DNA of 61,495 bases, filler included. It is 8 parts of 8 records of this genome, joined end to end, with 100 filler letters (N's around TTAATTAATTAA, not from the genome) between each part and the next. Parts side by side here need not be neighbours in the genome. Positions count along the whole stretch, not along the records: positions 1 to 7,952 come from SRR31156797_65316; positions 8,053 to 16,697 come from SRR31156797_65403; 6 more parts are not named here. The stretch is one strand, 5' to 3'. The number at the start of each line of letters is the position of its first letter. The first letter of the stretch is position 1. Position numbers and translations under genes: made by a program. A model generated the notes under the pieces. That model was not told where the DNA came from. It saw nothing but the letters and a program-made list of their open reading frames with translations, and made no database searches. Positions 1 to 8,931 of this stretch are shown piece by piece.

Positions 1-423
1 GTCACCGTCATTACCCATTCGTTCGGCGTATCGACGGTGCTTTCCCTGAATCCGACGATTTCGGTCATCGTCGCGCCCGGCCTCTATGACGCCAAGGAAG
101 GCGCCATGCACGGCGCCCAGACCTTGCGGTTCCTGGAAGATTATCGCGCCGACTGGGCGTTGCTCAGCGCCAGCGGCCTTGAAGCCGAAGGCGCCAGTGA
201 CGCCCTTATCGAAGCCGCCGAGGTCTATGCGATGATGATAAAGCGGTCGGCCCAGACAATGATCGCGGTCGACAGTTCGAAATTCAATCGGCCGTTCCCG
301 GCCCGCTACGCGACTTGGGACAAGATCGATCATCTGGTTACCGACATGTCTCCGAAGGGCCGCCTGAAAAAGGCCATCGAGCGCAACGGCGTGATGGTCG
401 AAACGGCCACCGTCAGCACCTAG
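1..423 (+). CDS. DeoR/GlpR family transcriptional regulator, C-terminal sensor domain (5'-partial)
   Basis: Frame is open from base 1 (VTVITHSF...). Motifs D-x-A-LLS-A-SGL and VDSSKF...DHLVTD are typical of DeoRC. Confidence 0.85.
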   Translation, partial: VTVITHSFGVSTVLSLNPTISVIVAPGLYDAKEGAMHGAQTLRFLEDYRADWALLSASGLEAEGASDALIEAAEVYAMMIKRSAQTMIAVDSSKFNRPFPARYATWDKIDHLVTDMSPKGRLKKAIERNGVMVETATVST

Positions 424-449
424 GCCGGTACGGGTTTCCGGGTCCGCAC

Positions 450-1784
450 TCACGCCGACGGAATCGACGCCAGGGCATCGGCCAGCGCATCGACGAAAAA
501 ATCGGCTTCTTCGCGGTTCAGGCACAAGGGCGGACGAATCTTCAGCGTGTTGCCGAAACGCCCGGCAGCCCCGATTAGGACCCGGCGTTCGCGAAGGGCG
601 TTGATTGCGGCCGATGCCAGATCCGGATCCGGACTGTGCCCGTTGTCCGGGCAGCACAGATCGACGCCGATGAACAATCCGGCGCCACGCACGGCGGCCA
701 GCCGTAAATCGATTGTCGCCAGTTGGCGCAGGCGGCCGGTCAGATAGGCACCGGTTTTCGACGCGTTTTCCTGCAGGCCGCCTGTCTCGATCACATCGAG
801 GACCGCTGCCCCTGCCGCCGCCGCCGCCGGCGTTCCGCCGAAGGTGTTGAAATAGCCGACGTCCCGGCAGAACATCGCCAGCAGGTCGGGTCGGACGGCC
901 GCGCCCGCCACCGGAAAACCGTTTCCCATGGGTTTGCCCATGGTGACGATATCGGGCGACACACGATGGCGGACGAACCCCCAAAAGCTGTCGCCGGTAC
1001 GGGCAAATCCGGGTTGCACCTCGTCGGCGATATAAAGCCCGCCGGCGGCATGGACCGCATCGGCAGCGCCGTTCAGAAAGCCCGGCGGATCGGCAAAAAC
1101 GCCGTCGCTGGAAAAGATCGAGTCGCAAATCAGGGCGGCGAAACCGTGACCGCGCGATTCCAACGCGGCAATGGCCCGGCCGATAGATTCGGCAAAACCG
1201 CCGGCGATATCGTCACCGAAGGCCGCCGGCCCGGGCGCCGGCACCATGATCACGTGATCCGGCAGGGTTCCCTGTCTCATCGCCGACGGCGAGATCTCGG
1301 TCACCGCCCGGGTGTTTCCGTGATAGGCCGCTTCGGTAACGATGAAACCGGCGCCGCCGGTCGCCTTCGTGGCGATGCGCATGGCCAGATCGTTGGCCTC
1401 GCTGCCGCTGCAGGTCAGCACGACATTGGAAAGATGATCGGGAAGCGTGTCCTTCAACCGGTCGATATAGTCCTCGGTGACTGCGCACAGATAGCGGCTG
1501 TTGACGTTCAGGGTGGCGACCTGACGGGCGATGGCTTCGGCCACTTGCGGATGACAGTGCCCGACGGACGGGACGTTATTGTAGAAATCCAGGTACCGGG
1601 CACCGTCGGCGGCCTCCATCCAGCAGCCTTCGGCCCGCGTCATCTCGATGGGGTCCCGATAGAAAAGAACGGAAGCGGCGCCCAGATTGCACCGACGGCG
1701 TTTCAGCAGGTCGCTGCCCGAATCCGGGTCGCCGGAATCGTCGAATGCGTTCATATCGAGGATCTGACGGACTTTCATAGACAT
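450..1784 (-). CDS. Class III PLP-dependent aminotransferase-fold enzyme, probable amino-alcohol-phosphate phospho-lyase (AGXT2L/ETNPPL-like)
   Basis: YLDFYNNVPSVGH, GSEAND, AYHG, ADEVQPG, TMGKPMGNG (PLP Lys), LKIRPPL. Start moved to the ATG at 1784, which has GGGAG upstream. Confidence 0.85.
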   Translation of the reverse strand: MSMKVRQILDMNAFDDSGDPDSGSDLLKRRRCNLGAASVLFYRDPIEMTRAEGCWMEAADGARYLDFYNNVPSVGHCHPQVAEAIARQVATLNVNSRYLCAVTEDYIDRLKDTLPDHLSNVVLTCSGSEANDLAMRIATKATGGAGFIVTEAAYHGNTRAVTEISPSAMRQGTLPDHVIMVPAPGPAAFGDDIAGGFAESIGRAIAALESRGHGFAALICDSIFSSDGVFADPPGFLNGAADAVHAAGGLYIADEVQPGFARTGDSFWGFVRHRVSPDIVTMGKPMGNGFPVAGAAVRPDLLAMFCRDVGYFNTFGGTPAAAAAGAAVLDVIETGGLQENASKTGAYLTGRLRQLATIDLRLAAVRGAGLFIGVDLCCPDNGHSPDPDLASAAINALRERRVLIGAAGRFGNTLKIRPPLCLNREEADFFVDALADALASIPSA

Positions 1785-1815
1785 CGGACCGCTCCCGTTT
1801 CGTTGGAATTTCGGC

Positions 1816-2811
1816 TTAGTTGGGTGCCGACAGAAACCGCTCCGCGATTTCCAGCGTGCCGACTGAATAGGGCACCCCCATCTCCTGCGCGGTCGGCGTT
1901 TCCGCATGGCTGGCGATCCAGGCCGTCAGCAGAAGTCGGCGCAGCATAACGAACGTCGACAACATGGCTTCGTCCGCCGCGTCCAGTTCCGTGATCGACC
2001 GATAACCTTCGACCCAGGCGGCCTGAAGGTCGGGAATGATCGGATCCTGTTCGATGAAACTGACGGCCGCGGCGAAATCGTAGCCGAACCAGCCGAAGCC
2101 GCAGTCGTCGAAGTCGATGACGCCCAACCGGTTATCCTCAACCAGAAGATTGGCCAGCCGCAAATCGGCATGGATCAAACCGAACCGTTCAGGCCCGGTG
2201 CCGTAGGCGGCCAACCGTTGGCGCAGGGAGACGCAGGTCCGCTCCAGCAGGGCCTTGCCGGGGGATTGAAGCCCGAGGCCATCGCGCCAATCGCCCCAAT
2301 GCGGAACCGGCCCGATGGTGGTATCGAAATCCCAGGTTTTACGAACGAACCCGGCCGGACGTTTCCAGGCCCGGGCGTGCGCATGAAGGCGCGCGCTGAT
2401 GGCCCCCAGTTTGAAGAAGCCATCGACCAGTTTCCCGGTCGGCGCCGGTTCGCTACCGGTCATGAATTCAAAAGCGACAACCGGCCTGTATTCGCCGTTC
2501 ATGCCGAAGCCAGCGATATATTCGCCATCGCCCGTTTGCATCGGCGCCGGCGTTTCCACCACGTCTTGCGCGCGCAGATCGGCGATCCAGGCCAGTTCCG
2601 ACTCGATTTCGGCTTGGGTGTGATATCCGGGCCTGTGAACCCGCAGAATCACCCGTTTCCCGTTTTTCGGGATGCGGGCCAGGAAAGTAGCGTTTTCCGA
2701 TATGTTCAGAAGCGTAACCGCCGTTTCCTCCGGCAGGTTCCAGCGCCCCAGCAGGCTTTCCGCCCCCTGACGGAGGGTTTCGAGCATCCGTTCGTCATAC
2801 AGTCCCGACAT
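1816..2811 (-). CDS. APH/choline-kinase-fold phosphotransferase, probable amino-alcohol (aminopropanol) kinase
   Basis: SENATF, LRVHRPGYH, Brenner motif HADLRLANLL, IDFDD. ATG at 2811 with a GGAG RBS. Confidence 0.85.
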   Translation of the reverse strand: MSGLYDERMLETLRQGAESLLGRWNLPEETAVTLLNISENATFLARIPKNGKRVILRVHRPGYHTQAEIESELAWIADLRAQDVVETPAPMQTGDGEYIAGFGMNGEYRPVVAFEFMTGSEPAPTGKLVDGFFKLGAISARLHAHARAWKRPAGFVRKTWDFDTTIGPVPHWGDWRDGLGLQSPGKALLERTCVSLRQRLAAYGTGPERFGLIHADLRLANLLVEDNRLGVIDFDDCGFGWFGYDFAAAVSFIEQDPIIPDLQAAWVEGYRSITELDAADEAMLSTFVMLRRLLLTAWIASHAETPTAQEMGVPYSVGTLEIAERFLSAPN

Positions 2812-2863
2812 GGATTCTCCGCTTTTCCACACTGCTTTCTACGATGTGGCAAGATAAACCAAA

Positions 2864-2887
2864 AAAATGTGGCACTTGCAACATTTT
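2864..2887. promoter_or_regulatory. Palindromic operator candidate in the divergent intergenic region
   Basis: AAAATGTGGCA-CT-TGCAACATTTT (one mismatch). Further TGTGGC/TGTTGC half-sites lie nearby, between the divergent kinase and ABC operons. Confidence 0.5.
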
Positions 2888-3030
2888 CTGTTGCGCCCGG
2901 ATTTTTTTTCGTCATTCTTTTCGAAGTTGCAGTGCGGGACGAAAGCCGAATCTTGCCACTGATCCCTGGGTAAGGGTTCCCGGCTGCAGCACAAGCCTCG
3001 TCGCCGGTTTACCAAAGAAAGGGAAACGCT

Positions 3031-4164
3031 ATGAAAATCTCGCGCCGCGACTTTTCCGTTGGCTTGGCCGCCATGACCGGACTCGCCACCCTAGGCCCCC
3101 TTGGCCGTGCCCACGCCGCCCGCAAGGATCGCCTGAACATCCTGTGTTGGGAGGGCTACAACACCGATGATGTCCTCAGCCCATTCCGCAAGCTCAACCA
3201 GGACGCCACGGTACGCGCCGAAAGCGGAACTTCCGACCCCGACATGATCAACAAACTGCGGGCCGGCGAAGTCAATGTGTGGGACCTCATCAATGTCAAC
3301 CAGCCTTGGGCAAAGGGGCAGCTGTACCCCGAGAAATTGATTAAACCGCTCAGCAAGGAACGGTTCCTTCCCTACTTCGAAACGATGGCGCCCGGTTTCA
3401 ACGCGCCCTACCCCTTGGCCTTCGGCGACGACGGCGAGTTGATCGGCATGCCCCAGCGCTACGGTCCGTTCTCGTTCGTCGTCAACACCGACAAGGTCAG
3501 CCGGGCAACCGCCGAAAGCGAAGGCTGGAAGCTGTTTTTGGATCCTGCCATGAAAGGCCGCTACGGCATTCTGACCTATGACAACTGGAACATCATGCAC
3601 ATGTGCATGACCGGCGACCAGAACCCGTTTGAGCCCATGGACGACGCCGGGCTGGCCAAGTTCAAGACGACCGCCGAAGCCATCTTCGCCGGCTCCAAGC
3701 TTCTTTCCGACGATTTGGTCGCCATGAATACGGCCCTGGTGAACGGTGAAATCGATGCCTACTTCACCGGCGGCACCTACACGTCCAGTCCCGCCCGCCT
3801 GGACGGCCTGTCCAACATCCGCGGTATCACGCCGGCAACGGGTCCGATCGACGGCAAGGGCGGAGTCGTCTGGATCGAACTGACGTCGCTAGTCAACAAT
3901 CCCGATCCGTCGGCGCTGGCCGAGGACTTCCTCGAATTCGTCCAGGAACCGGAGATATGCAAGGCCGTCGGCTTTGCCGAAGGCACCTACAACCCGGTCA
4001 GCCAGATGGGCGATTCCAAGGTCTTCAATCTTTGGAATGAAGAGGAACTGGACGCCATTCAATGGGACAGCCTCGAAGAGGAAATGAGCCGTTCCGTCGA
4101 GTATTCGGTGGTCGCTTCCTACGACGAACTGTCGAAGATCTACAATGCTGCTAAACGGGGCTAA
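3031..4164 (+). CDS. PotD/PotF-type ABC substrate-binding protein with Tat signal
   Basis: N-terminal SRRDF twin-arginine signal and LNILCWEGY; first gene of the ABC operon. Confidence 0.85.
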   Translation: MKISRRDFSVGLAAMTGLATLGPLGRAHAARKDRLNILCWEGYNTDDVLSPFRKLNQDATVRAESGTSDPDMINKLRAGEVNVWDLINVNQPWAKGQLYPEKLIKPLSKERFLPYFETMAPGFNAPYPLAFGDDGELIGMPQRYGPFSFVVNTDKVSRATAESEGWKLFLDPAMKGRYGILTYDNWNIMHMCMTGDQNPFEPMDDAGLAKFKTTAEAIFAGSKLLSDDLVAMNTALVNGEIDAYFTGGTYTSSPARLDGLSNIRGITPATGPIDGKGGVVWIELTSLVNNPDPSALAEDFLEFVQEPEICKAVGFAEGTYNPVSQMGDSKVFNLWNEEELDAIQWDSLEEEMSRSVEYSVVASYDELSKIYNAAKRG

Positions 4165-4168
4165 CGAC

Positions 4169-5332
4169 ATGCCCGACTCGCCGCTTCCGGTCTCTGAGGC
4201 CGGAGGCGGCATCCCCCTTCCCGCCGCATCCAGTGGGGATTCGACGCCGATGGCCGACCTGCCGATCCTGCGCATCGCCGGACTTTACAAACGGTTCGAC
4301 GACTTCACCGCCTTGCACAGCGTCGATCTGCAAATGCGGGAAGGTGAATTCCTGGCCATTGTCGGTCCTTCGGGCTGCGGGAAGACCACCTTGATCCGCC
4401 TTCTCGTCGGCATGGACGAGCCGACCGACGGCACCATCTGGCTGCGCACCAAGCGAATCGACAACGTTCCGGCCAGCCAGCGCCCGACCTGCATGGTGTT
4501 TCAGTCCCTGGCCCTTTTTCCCCACAGATCGGTCGGACAGAACATCGAATTTCCCCTGAAGATCCGCGGCGTCGCACCGGCCGAGCGCAAACGCCAGGCC
4601 CTGGAACTGATGGACCTGTTGCGCCTACCGCAGGACTATTATTCGAAACGCATTCACCAATGTTCGGGCGGCGAACGCCAACGCGTCGCCCTGGCCCGCG
4701 CGCTTGCCTTCGACCCGGAAATCCTGTTCTTCGACGAACCGCTGTCGGCCCTCGATTTTCGCCTGCGCAAAACGCTGGAAAAGGAACTGAAGGATCTTCA
4801 CCGGCGGACCGGCAAGACCTTCATCTACATCACCCACAGCCTCGAAGAGGCGATGGCGATGTCCGACCGCATCGCGATCATGCGCGAAGGACGATTCGAA
4901 CAGATCGCGCCGGCCGACGAAATCTATACGCGGCCGGTCAGTCGTTTCGTTGCGGGCTTCATGGGCGAGGTCAACCTGTTCTCCATCCGGTCCGGCGACA
5001 AGGGGCTGGAAACCGACGGGCTGTCGATCACGGCCGACGCGGTATCGCGACTTGGACTGGAGAACGGCGACGCCAACACCCTGATGGTCCGCCCCGAAAA
5101 CGTGAAATTCGTGCGCAACGGCGCGACCCTGAAGGAACCGGAAATCCGCATCGGCGGCCGCTTGCGGGCGGAATTCAATCTCGGTTCCCGCATCCAATAC
5201 GAGGTCGAGGATTTCCACGGCCGGAAGCTGACGGTGGAAACCCTTCGGGAAGACCGCTTCACCGGCGGCCCCGGCGACGACGTCATGCTGGGCTGGAGGG
5301 TCGATCAGTGCCACCTGATCGCCGAGGAATAG
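4169..5332 (+). CDS. PotA-type ABC transporter ATP-binding protein with C-terminal TOBE domain
   Basis: Walker A GPSGCGKT, signature SGGERQRVALARA, Walker B FFDEP, ITH switch. Confidence 0.93.
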   Translation: MPDSPLPVSEAGGGIPLPAASSGDSTPMADLPILRIAGLYKRFDDFTALHSVDLQMREGEFLAIVGPSGCGKTTLIRLLVGMDEPTDGTIWLRTKRIDNVPASQRPTCMVFQSLALFPHRSVGQNIEFPLKIRGVAPAERKRQALELMDLLRLPQDYYSKRIHQCSGGERQRVALARALAFDPEILFFDEPLSALDFRLRKTLEKELKDLHRRTGKTFIYITHSLEEAMAMSDRIAIMREGRFEQIAPADEIYTRPVSRFVAGFMGEVNLFSIRSGDKGLETDGLSITADAVSRLGLENGDANTLMVRPENVKFVRNGATLKEPEIRIGGRLRAEFNLGSRIQYEVEDFHGRKLTVETLREDRFTGGPGDDVMLGWRVDQCHLIAEE

Positions 5333-5335
5333 GTC

Positions 5336-6190
5336 ATGGAAAGCCTCGATCGTAAACTCGGCGCACTCGCTGCAACACCGCTTGTCGCGCTGCTGGCCAT
5401 CTGTTTCCTGGCGCCCTTGCTGGTGGTGGCGGGATTTTCCGTCATGCCGCCCAAGGTCTTCACCATCGCCAACACGCCCGACTTCTCGGCCTATGCCGAA
5501 TTTTTCCGGCAGGGGTACTGGAAATCTCTGGCCTGGGCGCTCGGCATGGCGTTGGCGGCAACGGTAGTCCTGTTCGTGGTCTGCTGGCCGCTCGCCTTTG
5601 CCATGGCCAAGGTCTTCAAACATTTCACGCTGGTTCTCACCATCGGGGTGGTCATGACCCTGTTCGTTTCCGAGAACATCCGCCTGTTCGGATGGGTACT
5701 GACCTTGATGAAGGGCGGCCTGCTGGAAGGCTACGTCCGCCACTGGACTGGCAGCGGTTTCGAGGGGTTGCTCTATAACGTGCCGGTGATCGTCTTCGGC
5801 CTGGTCTACGTCTACCTGCCGTTTATGCTGTTTCCGCTCGCCCAGGGCATTTCCATGGTGCCCGACGACGCCCGTCAGGCCGCCGCCGACCTGGGTGCCA
5901 GCCGGCGGCGAATCCTCTGGGAGATCGACCTGCCGCTGGCCGCGCCGGGAATCGTCGTCGGCTGCCTGCTGACTTTCGTGCTGGCCGCCGGCGCCATCGC
6001 CGAATCGAAGTTGCTTGGCGGGCAGGCCGTCATCGTCATTGCCGACGATGTCGAAACCGCCTTCACCTACGGGCAGAACTGGCCTCTGGGATCGGCCCTG
6101 GCGATGGTGCTGATCGCGATCATCGGGACGATCGCCATTTTCGGCGTCAGCCGCGTCGACCTCGACGCCATCATGGGGAGGCAACGCTGA
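5336..6190 (+). CDS. ABC transporter permease (PotB-like)
   Basis: Several TM segments, YVYLPFM, EAA-like QAAADLGAS, NWPLGSALA. Confidence 0.9.
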   Translation: MESLDRKLGALAATPLVALLAICFLAPLLVVAGFSVMPPKVFTIANTPDFSAYAEFFRQGYWKSLAWALGMALAATVVLFVVCWPLAFAMAKVFKHFTLVLTIGVVMTLFVSENIRLFGWVLTLMKGGLLEGYVRHWTGSGFEGLLYNVPVIVFGLVYVYLPFMLFPLAQGISMVPDDARQAAADLGASRRRILWEIDLPLAAPGIVVGCLLTFVLAAGAIAESKLLGGQAVIVIADDVETAFTYGQNWPLGSALAMVLIAIIGTIAIFGVSRVDLDAIMGRQR

Positions 6191-7104
6191 TGGAAACCTC
6201 CCGCCTGTCGCGCGCCGGGCTTCTGCTGTATGGAATCCTGACGCTGGCCTTTCTCTATCTGCCGCTGATCGCGGTCGGCTTTGCATCGGTATCGAAGGCC
6301 CGTTACCTGACCTTTCCGATCCGCCGCTACGACACCAAGTGGTATGCCGAAGCCCTGGCCAGCGACACGGTCCGCGACCTGCTGTTCATATCGTTGAAGG
6401 TGGCCGGCATCGTCACCGTCGTCAGCATGGTGGTGGGCTTTTTCGGCGCCCTGGCCTTTGCCCGCTATCATTGGCGCTTCCGGCGCCTATACCAAAAGCT
6501 CATTCTGCTGCCGATCTTTTTTCCGCAAAGCGTGCTCGGGCTGTCGCTGCTGATGTGGTTCAACACCCTCGATATCGTTCCGTCCTGGCAAACGGCGGTG
6601 GTCACCCACCTGGTCTGGATTTCCCCGATCGCCACCCTGATCATCTCGATCCGCGCCTACAGTTTCGATCCGACGCTGGAAGAGGCGGCACGCGACCTCG
6701 GCTGTTCGACCTTACGGATCATGCGCGAGATCACCATTCCGCTTTTGATGCCGGGGGTGATCTCGGCCGGCCTGTTTTCCTTCCTTCTAAGCTGGGGCAA
6801 CTTCCCCCTGTCGCTGTTCACGACCGGGGCCGATTCCACCCTGCCGGAATGGCTGTACGCCAAAATGGTGTCGGGCTACTCGCCCCTGGTGCCGACGGTG
6901 GGCATCATGACCGTGCTGGCCTCGGCCGCCATCCTGGCCTTGGCGCTGACGGTGCCGGTCCTCCTGCGCATTCTCATGGTTCAAACAAAACACCCAAATT
7001 TAAGGGAACGTATTCATGCTAACGTCCATCGATGGAAAGAGCTGTATCGTCACCGGCGCCTCCAAGGGTATCGGCAAGGGAATAGCCAAGGTATTCGCCT
7101 CTAA
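6190..7104 (+). CDS. ABC transporter permease (PotC-like); C-terminus probably over-extended
   Basis: FLYLPL and LEEAARDLG. Overlaps the next gene by 89 bp with a non-membrane tail. Confidence 0.85.
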   Translation: METSRLSRAGLLLYGILTLAFLYLPLIAVGFASVSKARYLTFPIRRYDTKWYAEALASDTVRDLLFISLKVAGIVTVVSMVVGFFGALAFARYHWRFRRLYQKLILLPIFFPQSVLGLSLLMWFNTLDIVPSWQTAVVTHLVWISPIATLIISIRAYSFDPTLEEAARDLGCSTLRIMREITIPLLMPGVISAGLFSFLLSWGNFPLSLFTTGADSTLPEWLYAKMVSGYSPLVPTVGIMTVLASAAILALALTVPVLLRILMVQTKHPNLRERIHANVHRWKELYRHRRLQGYRQGNSQGIRL

Positions 7105-7795
7105 GGGCGCCAAGGTCATGGTGGTGGCGCGAGGGCTCGCCGACGCCGAGGAAACGGCGGCGGAAATCCGCACGGCCGGTGGCACGGCGGCGGTCGCCGG
7201 TTGCGACGTCGCCGACTGGGACCAGGTGCAATCGATGGTCACGGCCACCGAAAAAGCCTTCGGAAGCATCGACATCCTGTGCGCCAACGCCGGCATCTTT
7301 CCGCAAAGCAAGATGATCGACATGGACCCCGACGAATGGGACCGGGTGTTGGCGGCCAACCTGAAGGGTACCTTCCTGTGCGTGAAGGCGTGCATTCCCC
7401 ATTTCGAGGCTGCCGGCAACGGCCGGGTGGTGATTACCTCGTCGATCACCGGACCGGTGACCGGTTTTCCCGGCTGGACCCATTACGGCGCCTCGAAGGC
7501 CGGGCAGCTCGGTTTCCTGAAGACCGCGGCGATGGAGCTGGCGCGTTACAACACGACCATCAACGCCGTCATGCCGGGCAACATCGTAACCGAAGGGTTG
7601 CTGGATCTGGGCCAGGAATATCTAGAAACCATGGCCGCGTCGATTCCGCTGAAACGGCTCGGCGCCGTCGAGGACATCGCCAACGCGGCGCTGTTCTTTT
7701 CCTCCGACGAGGCAGGTTACATCACCGGCCAGTCGATCATCGTCGACGGCGGCCAGATCCTGCCGGAATCCTTGGAGGCGATTCAGGAGATCTAG
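7016..7795 (+). CDS. Short-chain dehydrogenase/reductase, 1-amino-2-propanol dehydrogenase (aminoacetone reductase)-like
   Basis: TGASKGIG, NAG, catalytic YGASK. The segments SSITGPVTGFPGWTHYGASKAGQLGF and MPGNIVTEGL match my recall of M. smegmatis MSMEG_0269 APDH. Confidence 0.8.
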   Translation: MLTSIDGKSCIVTGASKGIGKGIAKVFASKGAKVMVVARGLADAEETAAEIRTAGGTAAVAGCDVADWDQVQSMVTATEKAFGSIDILCANAGIFPQSKMIDMDPDEWDRVLAANLKGTFLCVKACIPHFEAAGNGRVVITSSITGPVTGFPGWTHYGASKAGQLGFLKTAAMELARYNTTINAVMPGNIVTEGLLDLGQEYLETMAASIPLKRLGAVEDIANAALFFSSDEAGYITGQSIIVDGGQILPESLEAIQEI

Positions 7796-7867
7796 GGCGC
7801 CAGGAGCGAGGAACTCCTCAAATACCTGTTGCTGGAACCCAGCCGAAGTCCATGTCCGGCCATCCAG

Positions 7868-7908
7868 AAACGCCAAAACCCGGCCGTTTGGGCCGGGTTT
7901 TGGCGTTT
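7868..7908 (+). terminator. Rho-independent terminator hairpin
   Basis: AAACGCCAAAACCCGGCC-GTTTG-GGCCGGGTTTTGGCGTTT, a perfect 18-bp stem downstream of the SDR. Confidence 0.8.
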
Positions 7909-7952
7909 TGGTTGCTTAGATATTTAATCCCGGACTTTGATGGTGCATATTT

Positions 7953-8052
7953 NNNNNNNNNNNNNNNNNNNNNNNNNNNNNNNNNNNNNNNNNNNNTTAA
8001 TTAATTAANNNNNNNNNNNNNNNNNNNNNNNNNNNNNNNNNNNNNNNNNNNN
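7953..8052. other. Artificial contig spacer 1
   Basis: N44-TTAATTAATTAA-N44 (stops in all six frames). Confidence 0.99.
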
Positions 8053-8387
8053 TTAAAAGCAAAAAGGCCTTTGGCCTTTGGCGTTCCGGCTGGGTATGCG
8101 CCGGAAGGAAATACCGACTGAAGGACGGCCGTATCAGACGCGGCAAAAATGCCGCCAAAACGTCGTCCAGGAAAAGGGGGTGTAACGTTTTTTGATCGGA
8201 ACGGGCGGGAATCACCGGCCTTGCCGGCATCGCCCCGCGGTCAATCGGAACATCTTTTAGATACGAATTTGGGGAGGAGACTCCGGACCGGAACCCTGGC
8301 ACGCCATCGGCGTCCAGGGTCTCCAGAATACCGGGGCCCAAAGAAAACGAAGACTTGGCAGCAGTGACACAACAGGAGGAAAACTAA

Positions 8388-8579
8388 ATGGCTGAAGAAA
8401 GCGTAGCGGCCAGCGCACAAGCGCCAGCCAGCGCGAGCTTGGAACACGCCGATGTCGCGATTGACGCGCCAGAACCGTGGGAGCCGTTCGAGACCCAGCT
8501 TGTCGGCTGGAGCATTGGCATCGGCATCGCCGGGCTGATCGTTCTCGGCACACTGATCAACATTTATCTGCTCGACTAA
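8388..8579 (+). CDS. Small single-TM membrane protein of the DUF5395/YeiH module
   Basis: AGGAGG RBS; PEPWEPFETQLVGWSIGIG followed by one hydrophobic helix. Confidence 0.75.
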   Translation: MAEESVAASAQAPASASLEHADVAIDAPEPWEPFETQLVGWSIGIGIAGLIVLGTLINIYLLD

Positions 8580-8614
8580 AGGCGCGGGTGGTCTTCGCGA
8601 TAAGGAATCCTGGC

Positions 8615-8866
8615 ATGAAGTCGGACATGGACATGGTCATCATCCACGACGGTGAAAAATGGATCGCTCGAAACGATTTGATTTCCGTCGATGGAAAAAC
8701 GTTTCCCGAACTCGACGCGAACCTCGCCGAGGCTTTGCGCGGAACCGGAAAATATGATGGATCGCGCCTGACCGTTTTCATGGGATTCGATATCACGACG
8801 ATCCCGTCCTGGATTCGTCAGTACGCCCCGCATTATTTCAACCGATACGTCTATGTCGACGTTTGA
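8615..8866 (+). CDS. DUF5395-like small protein
   Basis: HDGEKWIA ... FMGFD...IPSWIRQY..HYFNR; AAGGA RBS before the ATG at 8615. Confidence 0.7.
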   Translation: MKSDMDMVIIHDGEKWIARNDLISVDGKTFPELDANLAEALRGTGKYDGSRLTVFMGFDITTIPSWIRQYAPHYFNRYVYVDV

Positions 8867-8931
8867 CAGGACTGAATCGCCGAAATCTGCGGGAAACGTC
8901 TGAGAAACGAGTACGAATTACGGGGGACAAA

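Noticed and set aside
8297-8311. Sigma-54 promoter upstream of the YeiH module
   Set aside because: TGGCACG is a good -24, but the -12 reads CGGC instead of TTGC, and no activator is in the contig.
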